Below, piece by piece: positions 25,301-37,700 of a stretch of DNA of 64,000 bases. The translations under genes and the position numbers were made by a program. Where the stretch lies: NCBI GenBank assembly GCA_977017645.1, contig OZ360252.1, positions 18,104,001-18,168,000 on the forward strand, in the 5' to 3' direction. The stretch's first letter is position 1; every line of letters begins with the position of its first letter. The notes beneath the pieces are model-generated. The model did not search any database. It was given only the letters and a program-made list of their open reading frames with translations, and was not told where the DNA came from. The DNA is from Torpedo marmorata. Lineage: Eukaryota.

Positions 25301-27078
25301 CGGCTCTCATCATGTATCCTGCTCACTTGATCGGCTTAACTCAATTCTAACGTTTCCCTGCCCAATCTTTGAGCTGGTTAATTTAGCTCAGTGGTCAAAG
25401 ACCACCCTCCTCACTATTAAAGCCACCAACAATTGACTTGCCATCTACGTTTACGCACAATATCTCAAAATATTACTCATTTCGACTGCATGTACAGATA
25501 TCAGACGACGATGAGAGGGAGCGAAGCGAGTTGGGGTAACAAGGGATTGACATTGTGCAGGAAATGTTAAAATTGCATGATCTAAAATAGGGCAAGCAAG
25601 GAACATTCAGAACATTCCTCGTTTCCCCAAGTCTCACCACTTCTTCTCGCACTAAATAATCAAAGTACCAGAATAAATCAATCAAATTACAGAAGACTAA
25701 TTTAAATGATTTAGAAAACGAATAATACAATCACAAATCATTAATATAACCAACTAACCTTAAGTCTTAACCTTCTTATTTGGTGGTCAAATGTCTGTCA
25801 GTCATAAGAATGGGCTTGTCCAAACTGGTGCAGGTTCGGGGAGTGGATTCCAATGTGGGACTGCTGGGAAGTTTCTGCAAGCTGCTGTTTCACCAGGCTT
25901 CAGCCTTCCCGATTATATCACTGCAGGGAAAGGGGACAAGGTGGTTGGAGAATCATTCATCCATCATGGTCTGACCATCATAGGCTTTGTGGAAGATCAC
26001 GTAGCGTCTGCAGATTGCCCTTATTGTAGTTGCGTGGTTGGGAATTAAAGGTAATTGATGGACAAGTGAGAAATACTTTGGTGGAAAATATGTTAGAGGA
26101 AAATAAGTGGGAGATTGCAACTGATTAGAATACACTGCATGAACACATATTTTTCATAGTCACAGAGAAATATTGCAACATAAATCCCACTCTCATTGTC
26201 CCAAATACTTACAATCTGCCCACTGATTCTACCACACTACAAAGATGCTCGTCTTTGAATTGTTGGCAGAAGCAGGAACACCTGTAGAAACGTCACGATG
26301 TCCCAAGGAGAAAGGACAAACTGCTCACATACAGCAGACGAAGGTCAGGATTGACCCTGTGTCTCCTGGTATTGTGGGGAATTTGAATGATGAAACTATG
26401 AAGTGCACCACTGGGCCATTCATAATCCGACTGAATAATACCTCATTTTCTCCAAAGAAAATACGGGACTATAATTGTGTTCCCATGTTGCTGCTTGCTT
26501 GTGTTCATTTTCAATGGTTGTGTTCCTTTCAGTGATCAATTAGCTGTATAGGTTTTGGTTCTTCAAGCACTAACTTTGTGTAATAGGCGCTAAGCAATTC
26601 ATTCTGAGTAAATGTAAGTAACTCCAAGCAATACCCTATTCATACACTTTGATGTTATTTACAGAACATGCAGAAATGATGCCTGTCCTAAACAAGGTGC
26701 ACAGGTATAACCAGTTGGGTGGTTCAGATCCCAGGTTTGTTTATATTTCTTGACCTGCAATATTCCATAAAATATGTGTGCTCATCAAATATTTTATTTT
26801 TTACAAATATTAGTGAACTGATTTTGGCATCTGTGGCATAATTGGCATTGTCTAATATAGTTAAACATGATTTATGATATCGACCATGTGGTGAAAGTGT
26901 TAACTCTACTTGTTTATTAATTGACCGTGATGAATTCCATTCCTATGGACTTCAAATACACGTTATATAGAGGGTTTTGTTCAATTCATTATCGACAAGT
27001 GCCTATGAGAACACCATCTCTGTCACACAGGGATCGGAACTCTTCAGAAAGGGAAGCAAAACTCGGTCTAATAACAAG

Positions 27079-27202
27079 ATGGTGGTGTCCAGTTTTACAA
27101 TAGACCGCAGTCATCCAATTCCAATTGTCATTCAGATATTGTTAACACTTTGGGATATACAGATGGTTTACTATCCTCTCCTTGCTGCTGTTGGTATCCC
27201 AG
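27079..27202 (+). CDS. GPR139/GPR142-like class A GPCR, coding exon 1
   Basis: MVVSSFTIDRSHPIPIVIQILLTLWDIQMVYYPLLAAVGIP then CCAG|GTAAGT phase-1 donor; the start codon choice is uncertain. Confidence 0.8.
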
Positions 27203-27832
27203 GTAAGTACGTTTATCCAGTTATGAATTTACAAACAATGTTTAAATATCAATCCATTGTAAGAATTTAGTTCTGGCAGATCACTTAATTTAAATTGAGG
27301 GTCCCTTCTAATAAGTACGGTACATTTCATTGTTACTGAAGTAGAGGTATGCCAAAGATACTGATCCCCATGCAAGCTGCATTGGCAATGCGAAGACTTG
27401 TAGATATCTACAGGCAGGAATAATGCGGAGAATATAACATAAGGTCTTGATTGTGTTCAAGAACTTGCTTTGAAGCAGTCATTTGTGAATTAAATTAAGA
27501 CCAGAATTCAGTCTCATGGACCCACTCTTGCACACACTTGTGACAGCTGGTTAGTTTGTGTTGCTTGTCGTGTATTAGTCTTACTGAATATGTAGTGAAT
27601 TCGTCTATTCCCTACTGATTCAATAAGGAATCGACGAATACAGTGCACATATATATTTCCCTATTTGTTCCCGATTCAAATTTAAAATCCAGCCTCCTGC
27701 AGAAAATGTAGTGCCATGTAGAAGAACAATGTCTTTCTTTTGTGCAGACAATCAGAGTTGTAAATCACTCAACATCAAATTGTTGCCTTTAACTGCCTGA
27801 TCTCTAATCACTGTCTCCTCTCTTCTTTACAG

Positions 27833-28725
27833 TTAACTTGGTGACTATTTTTATCTTTTCACGGAAAAGATGTGGTCTTTCCAAGTGTGTCACTTTCTAC
27901 ATGCTGGCCATGGCAACCGCAGATCTACTGACCATTATCATCGATCTTTTATTGAGGCATATTCTAATTATTTATCAGCTTCAATTTGTATTGCACATCC
28001 CTCTGTGCAATATTCATGCTGTCTTGCTTTATGCAGTCACAGATTGTTCTGTCTGGTTCACTGTAATGTTTACCATTGGTCGATTTGTGGCCATTTGTTG
28101 TGAGAAAATGAAAGCTAAATATTGTACCGAAAAGGCAGCAGTGACGATTTTAGCAACGGTTGCTGTTCTATCTCTTTTAAAAAAGGTAATTTGGTATTTT
28201 GTGTATACAGGTATGTATTGGCTTTTAAATGATCCTTGGTTTTGTGTCGTAAGAGATGGCAATCTGTATTCACGTATCTGGGGAGCGATTGGATTCCTTC
28301 ATTTTATTCTAACACCTGGGCTTCCATTTATTCTTATTCTGCTACTCAATGCATTGACCGTCAGGCACATTTTAGCGGCCAGCAAAGCCCGCAGGAGAAT
28401 AAGAAATCTAGGCACCGGGGAACCCCGAAAGGACACAGAGATGGATAACCGAAGGAAATCAATCGTTTTATTATTTGTTATCTCGGGGAACTTTATAATA
28501 TTATGGGTGGTATTTATGACGTACTTTATTTGGCGACGAATGAGTTATTTAGGCTTGACGTCTGAAAATGTACCTTTCTTTGTGCGGGAAATGGGGTTCA
28601 TGCTCCAACTCCTGTCGTGCTGCACAAACACTTGTATTTATGCCGTGACCCAAAATAAATTTAGGAACCAATTCTTGGACGTTGTCAAATACCCTTTTAC
28701 ACTAATTGTCAAAATCGCTAAATGA
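27833..28725 (+). CDS. GPR139/GPR142-like class A (rhodopsin family) GPCR, coding exon 2; spliced product about 338 aa
   Basis: Polypyrimidine tract plus ACAG acceptor, in frame with exon 1 (GIPVNLVTI); hydrophobic TM segments, LAMATADL, SVWFTVMFTIGRFVAIC, CCTNTCIY; intact to TGA; AATAAA at 29357. Confidence 0.92.
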
Positions 28726-30589
28726 TAGAATTAATGCAAATTCTTCCAGCATCCATCTGAAGGCCACTACGTCCCCTCGTCCATTGCCTGAAATGAGCCG
28801 TGCACGCAGGAGATACAAAGTGTCATTTTAATGTGGTCATAAAGACCAACCCGCCTCTTCCTGGGTCTCCAGTTTCCTCCCACGTGAGTAATTTAATAGT
28901 AAATTGTCTGTGAGTGGTAGAATCTAGGGGTACGAATGCGAACTTTTGGAGAATAATGAGTGTGTGATCAGTGTAAATTAATATTTTATTGGAGGCGCAG
29001 ACAATAGACAATCAATCTATGTCTATTCTGCATGACTCGTTTCTGTGTTTTTTTATGTAGAATCGCAGAAAGCCTGTCAATTCATATCTAATTAACAATT
29101 GCAAAGTATGAAAACAATTCCGTTTGGATGAAAGTAGTTCTCCTTTCGGATTTCGCTACCAGCGTTTAATTCTGTTGATAATCTACTTTAATAATTCATG
29201 TTTTTGTTTTCTGATTTGATTAACTATTTACAAATATATCGATGGAAACCGAATTGTAGAATCCACACGCTTTTGGCATTGCAATGTAGATTATTAATGG
29301 AAACGTACACCCAAACATTTTACATATCTGAATGATGGATGTACCTTTTTTATAACAATAAAGTAATATTATAGATTAACACCAACAAATGCAAATAGAA
29401 AGAACGAAAGTAAAGATAGGCATTAATGGTTGACCAGAATACGGAGCAAGTGGAAGCGTGCTGGACAGACTCTTCTTATATCATTGGACACTACAAAATA
29501 TTTTACAGAAAACCTTGGGAAATAGCTTTCCAACCACCTTATTTTTTCTGAATTTGGTAGTGTTGGCAAGATCAGTTTTTATTCATCACACCTACTTATC
29601 TTTGAGAATGTGGTGGCGAGTTTTCTTTCTGCGTCTTCGATTCGGTATTTGAATAAGTTATATTTTGTTTCGATTTCGAGAAAAGGTTTAGGAGTTATAT
29701 GCACTTAATGTATTTCCGAAACTAAAACACTTTATTTTATAAAGCAGCAGAATTAATTGAATTGAAACTTTTTTTATCTCAGTGTTGAAGAGAAAAAGGC
29801 ATCTTCCTCTGAAGCAAAACATTTCTACTGTCCATCCAAAGTTATTTCTGAACTTCGGGATCCTATGTTTATTGTAGTGGCAACCTGAAAGTGTGCGTCC
29901 ACTGTGTAATCTGAAATTTTATATTATTTCAATCCTTGGAATACGGGAATTTCCGTCTATTGTTATCTAAATAGCAACTTCTCCAACAAGATGCAGGGGA
30001 CAACAATTCTCAAGGCAGGACTGGAGTTACACTGAGGGCAGACAGTTTATTGAAGCTATTAATGTGCTCGGTGCGACATTGTTGGAAACGTGTTTTTTTT
30101 ACAATCAGTTGAATCATACACTTTATTTGAAGGTTACAACGACAGACATGAATCACCTCATTATTTTAAAACCTTGCATCAGCTGTCATATTCTACAGAT
30201 TATACTTAACTACCCTGAATGTGCAAAATTATTTTATGATTTTAAAAAATCAGAACGATAACAGTGCTCATGAAAGTTCTAGTCCATATATATTGTTCTC
30301 GCATTGAGCTCCCGAGTAATCAAAGTGGTTGCTGTTTTCGTATATCGTGGATTTTCATGTATTTTTTTATTTAGGACAAATTATGAGCAAATCAATTGCA
30401 CAATTCTATCTGAAACATAAATGACGTTACTTCAATTTTTACATATACAAGTTGAGTGTTCAATGGCTACTGAACATCACGCACACTTATTGCATGGCTG
30501 TAAAGAAAGGCGTCACATTATCGAGAGCTCGTTATCTAGTCACCCCCGGGTGCCTTAAGCATCTACATATCAAAAATATTTACAAAGGG

Positions 30590-33035
30590 TAAATTAGATG
30601 CGACAGAGCGGGAGGGGTGAAAGGGGGAGCAGTGGCATTGCTCGTCAGGCAAAATATCATAGCTGTGCTCAGACAGGACACACCAGAGGACTCGTCTACT
30701 GAGGCGATATGGGTGGAACTGAGGAACGGGAAAAGTATGACCAAATTCATGGGTTTTGGCATGAATTCATGGCAATGTGAAATTGTGGCGCTGCCGGAGC
30801 CGCTGCAGCGGTAGCGTTGCCGCTGGTGCGGTCCCGCGGGGAGCGTGTGAGCGGAGATACAGCGCTCCCACGGTGTCCAGCCGCCCAGTCGACTACCGTC
30901 GGTTCCGCACGGGCTTTGAACGGTCCGTTAAAGGAGCCGACGGTGGTTTTATTTAAGATCCCGCGACCACGGGGTCTGCGCCCAAGATGGCAGCGCCTTT
31001 TACCTGGCAGCAACCACGAGGTGCTGAAGATTCCGGGGAAGCGGAGGACTGGAGCAGGGCACCAAAGGACGGGAAGATCACCCCCGTCTGAGAGGGAGAA
31101 GCGGAGGAGACGACCCACGGGACGGTGACCAAGGCGGCGGACCGGTGAGGGGATCTGAGGCTGAAGGACCAGTGCATGCGGCGGGCTGCAGGTGACTCGA
31201 GGCGAGGAACCCACGGAGGCTGTGGGCTGCAGGACACTGCTGTCGGGGGACTCACGACGGGCTGCGGACTGCTGGAGGCTGGCTCGAACTGGCTGGAGGA
31301 GTACCAGGTATCGGAGCCGGGATGCGAGGGGGTGCCGAGGGCGACCTTACCGTGTTGGACGTTCGGATCTGGAGCTCGGGATGCCGATGGTTTGGACTGG
31401 ACTCTGTGAAGCTGCGGAGGCTGCGGAATCGCTGGAGGCAAATCTATGGACACTTGGCGACTCTGGGGGGACTCACTTTTGCTTCTTTTTCTCTGACTGT
31501 AAGGAATGGTAGAGGCGCTACGGCAATTTATGCCGGTGGCGAATGTCTGCCTTGCAGCAGGCAAAAAGTAATTTCCTGGAATATGACACTATCTTATTAC
31601 TATGACAATAAATTGAATCTTGAATCTTTATTATAGACAGCCCAATAGTCAGCGAGATTTGGCGGAGCAAGTCTCTTGAGATATAGCAGACAGGTGCAGG
31701 AAATTTAAAGTTGTGATTGTTCGAGATTCTAACTTTCCACATATTGACTGAGATTCCCATACTGTAAAAGGACTGAATGGCTTAGGTCTCATCAAAATTG
31801 TTCAGTAAAGATACTTAAATCAAAATATAGTTGTACCAACTGGAGAGAGTGCAATATTGGATCTCCAATAAGCGAAGGAGACAGGATAGGTGACAGAAGT
31901 ATGTATAGGGGAACATTTTGGGTCCAACGATCATAATGCCATTAGTTTCAAGTTACGTATGGATAAGGATAGAACTGGTCCTCGGGTTTAGATTCTAAAG
32001 CGGAGAAAGGCCAATTTTGAGGAAATGAGAAAGGATCTAGAAAGCGTGTATTGGGATAAGTTGTTTTCTGGCAAGGATGTGTTTGATCAGTGGAAGGCCT
32101 TCAAAGGTGAAATTATGAGAGTACAGAGTTTGTATGTTGCTGTCAAGATTAAAGAAATAATGTTAACAGGCATAGGGAACCTTGGTTTTCGAGTGATCTG
32201 GTTAAGAAAAAGTGAGAGGTTCAGAGAAGGTATGGGCAACAAGGAGAAAATGAGCTACTTTTGGAGTATACAAAATGCAAGAAAAATCTTAAAGAAATCA
32301 GGACGGCAAAAAGAAGACATAAGTTTCTTTGGCAGATAATGTGAAGGAAAATCCTAAGGGTTTACACAGGTATATTAAAAGCAAAATGATAGTGAGGCAC
32401 AAAATTAGTCCCCTTGAAGATCAGAGTTAAGTATTGAGTTTCGGTGTTGCGATGTTAAAGTTGTACAAGGCATTGGTGAGGCCATGTTTGGAGTATTGTG
32501 TGCAGTTTTGGTCACCTGGCTACAGGAAAGATATGAATAAGATTGAAAGTGTGCAGGGACGATTTACTAGGATGTTGCCTGGACTTCAGGAACTATGTTA
32601 CAGGGAAAGTTTAAACAGGTTGGGATTTTATTCCCTGGAGCGATGAAACATGGGGGAGATATGATAGAGGTGCTCAAAATTATGAGGGGCATAGACAGAG
32701 AAAATTCAGGTAGGCTTTTTTCCACTGATGTTAGGTGAGATACAAACTAGAGCACATGGCTTAAGGGTGAAAGGAGAAAAGTTGAGGTAGAACAATAGGG
32801 GGAACTTTTTTCAGCCAGAGAGCAGTGGGACTATGGAACGAACTGCCAGCTGACGTGGTGAATGAGGGCTCGATTTTCACATTTAAGAAACATTTGGACA
32901 GGTGCATGAATGGGAGACGTATGGAGGTATCTGGACTGGGTGCAGGTCAGTGGACTCGGCAGGATAGTAGTTCGGCACAGACTAGAAGGGCCGAACGGCC
33001 TGTTTTCTGAGCTATAATATTCTCTGGTTCTGTGG
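30590..33035 (+). mobile_element. CR1 LINE, degenerate and internally deleted, interrupted by retroposon copy D
   Basis: Endonuclease segments (GGAVALLVR, STEAIWVELRN), a jump near 32428 to the ORF2 C-terminus (LYKALVRPCLEYCVQFWSP) and a CR1 tail. Confidence 0.88.
30785..31628 (+). mobile_element. GC-rich non-autonomous retroposon, copy D (apparently full length, about 840 bp)
   Basis: Starts GTGGCGCTGCCGGAGCC like copy A and ends AATAAATTGAATCTTGAATCTT; the host CR1 rejoins across it. Confidence 0.85.
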
Positions 33036-34603
33036 TAAATTCTAATAAATTGTTACTGCATACAATTCGATTTCAATCGTTCGTCAACTTCACCAGCACT
33101 TCACATGACCATTACAAAGACAAGTTGCATTCAACTCATAGGGGAAAATATCAAAACAAATCAGTCGCCCCGGTTGTGATAATATGACGTGTAGAAAACT
33201 GTATGTTCATCTTGATAGAAAGCTGCAAGCAATGTTCAATCCTGTATTCCGTTCTCCTTTCTTTAAGACTGTTGTTAGAAGAAGGTATCCGGAACTTTAT
33301 GCTGGAGTTACCTGCAAAATAATGCAAAGACAACACACTCACCCCGGGAGAATGTAGACTTGCATGACATACCTGCTTGCAGTGTTGAGAATATTTCCCT
33401 GCAATTCACTTTATCTTTAATTGCGAAACCATGGTGCAATATCTCTGAATATATCAGAGTAATTAAATGTTACAAATAAGGCGGGCCATGAAAACAAATG
33501 TAAAGATAATGTGGAACTGTGCTTTCTTTCAATTACAAATTAGTTGGATTTTCTCCCTGATGAGATTTTTTCGTAATTAATCATCTCTGAAATGTTAACA
33601 CAATGTGAATAATACAGAATAGAAATTATTGTTTCGCTCCAATTCATCTAAATGTTCCGACAGGCTCATCATTTCACCCATATCCTTCCATTCTTTTCCA
33701 TTCTGTTTAAACATCTTTATCGCTTAAATTATGCCTGCCTCTTCCACCTCCCCTGTCAATTCGTTCCGCTCGCCAACAACCCAAGAGCTTTCCATTCAGG
33801 ACTCCATTAAACACGTAACATGGAATTAAATTAGTGGCATCTTAATTAGACCCCATGACCCTCGGAAAATGAGTGTGACAATCTAACATATCTCTTTGCT
33901 CTATAAATGGATGATTCTCCTTAAAGTCACCCCTCACCCTCCTGCGCCCCACTGACATCAATGACTGCCGATCAGAGCCCCACCATTCTCACCATGTGAC
34001 AGAATTCATCCGGCTCCGTGGAAGCTTCCAGCTGATTGTGCGTTAATATATCGGAAACTACCACTTTCCTGATACACACATGTTTCAGATCAGGAGCGTA
34101 CACCTTCATTGGACACCCATCTCCCAATCACGACCCATGCTGAATACTGGTGCCAATTTGTCATTCAGGGCACCATACCTGCGTTACTACACAGACTTCC
34201 ATTTGGGTCACGAAGGGAACCTGGCTATCCTTTTCATTTAAACATATTTATCAGTAAGTTTCGGAATCATTTATTAATTTAGCTGACCTGAGGACTATTG
34301 TGCCCTCTTTTGGCTTTCATATGCACGTTCTGAAGACCTCTTCTCATCCACTAGAAACTTCAAATAACTCGTTTGATAACAATCTTCTGCACCTGTCTGA
34401 CGTTCCCTTCCTTCCCTGAAAACAAGAATTTCTTTTTTTATTTCCCTGAATCTTACTATTCTAGCTTCTTACCCTTACTTGCTCTTTGCTTTGTGTTTCT
34501 TCCGGAACTGGCATATCCGCAATCACTCACCTTGCCCTACCGCAGGGAAAGGACACAGGCAATGGAAGCGTTTTGCTTACCGTCCTCCAAGAGAAGCTGT
34601 GAA

Positions 34604-34716
34604 CTATGGAACCGGACCGTCATCTCTTGTAGGCGCTGCCAAGGCGGGGTGTGTGAACGTCTCACTGTGAGGATTATCAATGACGTTTGCCGACAACGAA
34701 ACAGGGAAATCGGGAT
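34604..34716 (-). CDS. SRCR receptor candidate last coding exon
   Basis: CTCTCTCATAG acceptor, phase 1, [37 protein letters not shown]-stop; a GTAAGC donor follows 23 nt after the stop. Confidence 0.55.
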
Positions 34717-37700
34717 CTATGAGAGAGAATTCTGAAATATACTGTAAATAAAGTTGAATGTTGCCCCCAGGGCAAAAATAATCAAGGTCGAGGGAGAGAA
34801 AACAGGAAAGGGGCTTGAAGCCATATCATCAGCAATGATAGGTTTGAATGTTGGCAGAGGATTGAGGGGCTGAATGGCCGAAAGCAGCGCGTTCTTTCCA
34901 TGATGTCAATGATTGTGAAAGCACATTTGACACCATTACACAACGAGTATGATCAAATTTCTGACTTAGGAGGGCATTGCAACAATCGCCAGTAGGGATT
35001 TAATGCATCTCAGTGACGCGAAAGTGCCTTTTGTTGGGAGCCGGGGGCAAGACAGAGTTTATGGTCCCCACTGCCGTTCCTGTGCAGGTTTAACATGCAG
35101 ATTGACAGCCCAGGAGGAACACAAAATATTAATTAGACACGTGGATCATACTGTACTATCAAATGTGTCCGAGTAAGTCATGAAACCGCACCTTAATCAA
35201 AAAAATGGTAATGCTTTGCTTCACAGACAACTGTTTAATGCGAGTCTAACTGAGACAGAACTCACCAATGGTGTTGGTATCACCGTTGACAACCGTCAGC
35301 ATGAGCGGATCATCAGCACCACTACCCACGTGGAACTGATAGTCTTGGGAATCAATGGTTTTGTTCTCAACGCGGTCATAGTCGGCAGGATCCCTATCTT
35401 GGAGGAAGTAAAGATTGTCAATTATAAAGCAGAGTGACATTCCTCCAAATCATTGTGGAGTAGCAAGCTATATTACGCCTGATGCAAGGATTTGTTTCTA
35501 GCGTGATGCACAGTTTGACGGAGGAAAAATGTTAATAATCGTCCTGGATCTTCACGACTGAACCGCGCAATTAGACTGCGTGCTCATTTCATATTTCAGT
35601 GCCTGTGAAGGACTCGGATTAAACAAACAATGGCCATTGTTTCGTTCCATTGCACAACTGGCTGTATTCGAGACAGTTGTTTCACATTCAAACTTGTTCA
35701 CAAGCTACTTATAACACAAACCCATTTTAAATATCGTTATATTCTCCGGTATTTCACGTCGTACAAATCTGCATAGCTTCTGATCACAAACAGATTTATA
35801 TAAAATAAGATAAAGTGGAAAGTCCGAAAAAAGTGTCAAACCATGAACACGGGAACTGTTCCCATGAGGATGTTCTGGCTCCAGAAAATCACCATCCGAA
35901 GGGTCGCTCGTGTAATATTCAATTTGATTGATGAAATCAATGGAACCAGACGCTAGAAGTCAATGAAATTGACAGTTATTGTAGAGATCATTTTGAGAAT
36001 TGAGGAAGTATTCATAAATGCTTTACTATAACCATATAACTATATACCAATTACAGCACGGAAACAGGCCATTAGGCCCTTCCAGTCCGCACCGAACCAA
36101 ACATTCCTATCTAGTCCCACCTACCTGCACCCTGCCCATAACCCTCCACTTCCTTCTCATCCATATACTTGTCCAACTTTTTCTTAAATAATAAAATTGA
36201 CTCTGCCCCCACTATTTCTCCCGGAAGCTCATTCCACACCGCTACCACTCTCTGAGTAAAGAAGTTCCCCCTCATGTTACCTCTAAACCTCTGCCCCTTA
36301 ACTCTTAGCTCATGTCCTCTTGTTTCAATCTCTCCTATTCTTAATGGAAATAGTTTATCCACATCCACTCTGTCTATCCCTTTCATAATTTTAAATACCT
36401 CTATCAAATCCCCTCTCAACCTTCAACGCTCCAAAGAATAAAGAACTAATATGCTCAATCTCTCCTTGTACTCTAGATTCGTAAACCCAGGTAACATTCT
36501 GGTAAACCTTCTCTGCATTCTCTCCACTTTGTTTATATCCTTCCTATAATTTGGCGACCATAACAGCACACAGAAGTCTAAATTATGCCGCACCAACGCC
36601 TTATATAATCTCAACATCACTTCCCAACTCCTATATTCTATGCAATTATTGATAAAGGCCAGCATACTAAAAGCCTTCCTCACCACCCTATTAACATGAG
36701 TTTCCACCTTCAGGGAACGATGCACCGTTATTCCTAAATCTTTCTGCTCTTCTGTATTCATCAATGCTCTCCCATTTACTACATATGTCCTGTTCTGATT
36801 CTTCTTACCAAAATGAAGCACCTCACACTTATCAGCATTAAACTCCATCTGCCATTTTTCAGCCCACTTTTCTAAGCAGCCCAAATCCCTCTGTAATCCT
36901 TGAAAACCTTCTTCATTATCCACTATTCCACCTATCTTAGTATCATCTGCATATTTACTAATCCAGTTTACCACCCCATCATCTAGATCATTGATATATA
37001 TAACGAACAACAATGGGCCCAATACAGATCCCTGAGGCACACCGCTGGTCACCGGCCTCCAACCTGACAGACAATTATCCACTACCACTCTCTGGCCTCT
37101 CCCTTCCAGCCAATGTTCAATCCATTTGACTATCTCAGAATTTATACCTAAAGACTGCACCTTCCTAACTAACCTTCCATGCGGAATTTATCGAAGGCCT
37201 TACTGAAGTCCATATAGACAACATCCACTGCGCTACCCTCATCCACATTCCTAGTCACCTCTTCAACAAATTCAATCAGATTGGTCAAACAGGACCTTCC
37301 GCTCACAAATCCGTGTTGAGAGTTCCCGATCAGACCCTGTCTATGAAAATGATGGTATCGTGATATGCCACAGACACCTTTGCGGAATACCATTCAATGC
37401 AACAACACGGCTTACTCATGAAGTGGATGATACTATTTTAGGGAAGAAGCTCTTTCCGGGCATTTAAACCCGTTAAGCACAATTACACTCAATTAAGCAA
37501 CAACCACATGCGTTTTGGAGTGTGAGACGAAACCGGATCACCGGGGAAAACCCACACAAAGTACGGGGAGAACCTGCAAACTCCTACACACAGCTCCGGA
37601 TGCGAATCCCGGTCGCGAAGCTAAACGTGCCAATTTGCAGATAATTTTCATCCATTTGATTGTTACGACAGGCCGGCTGAGCAGAAGAAAACATTCGGAA

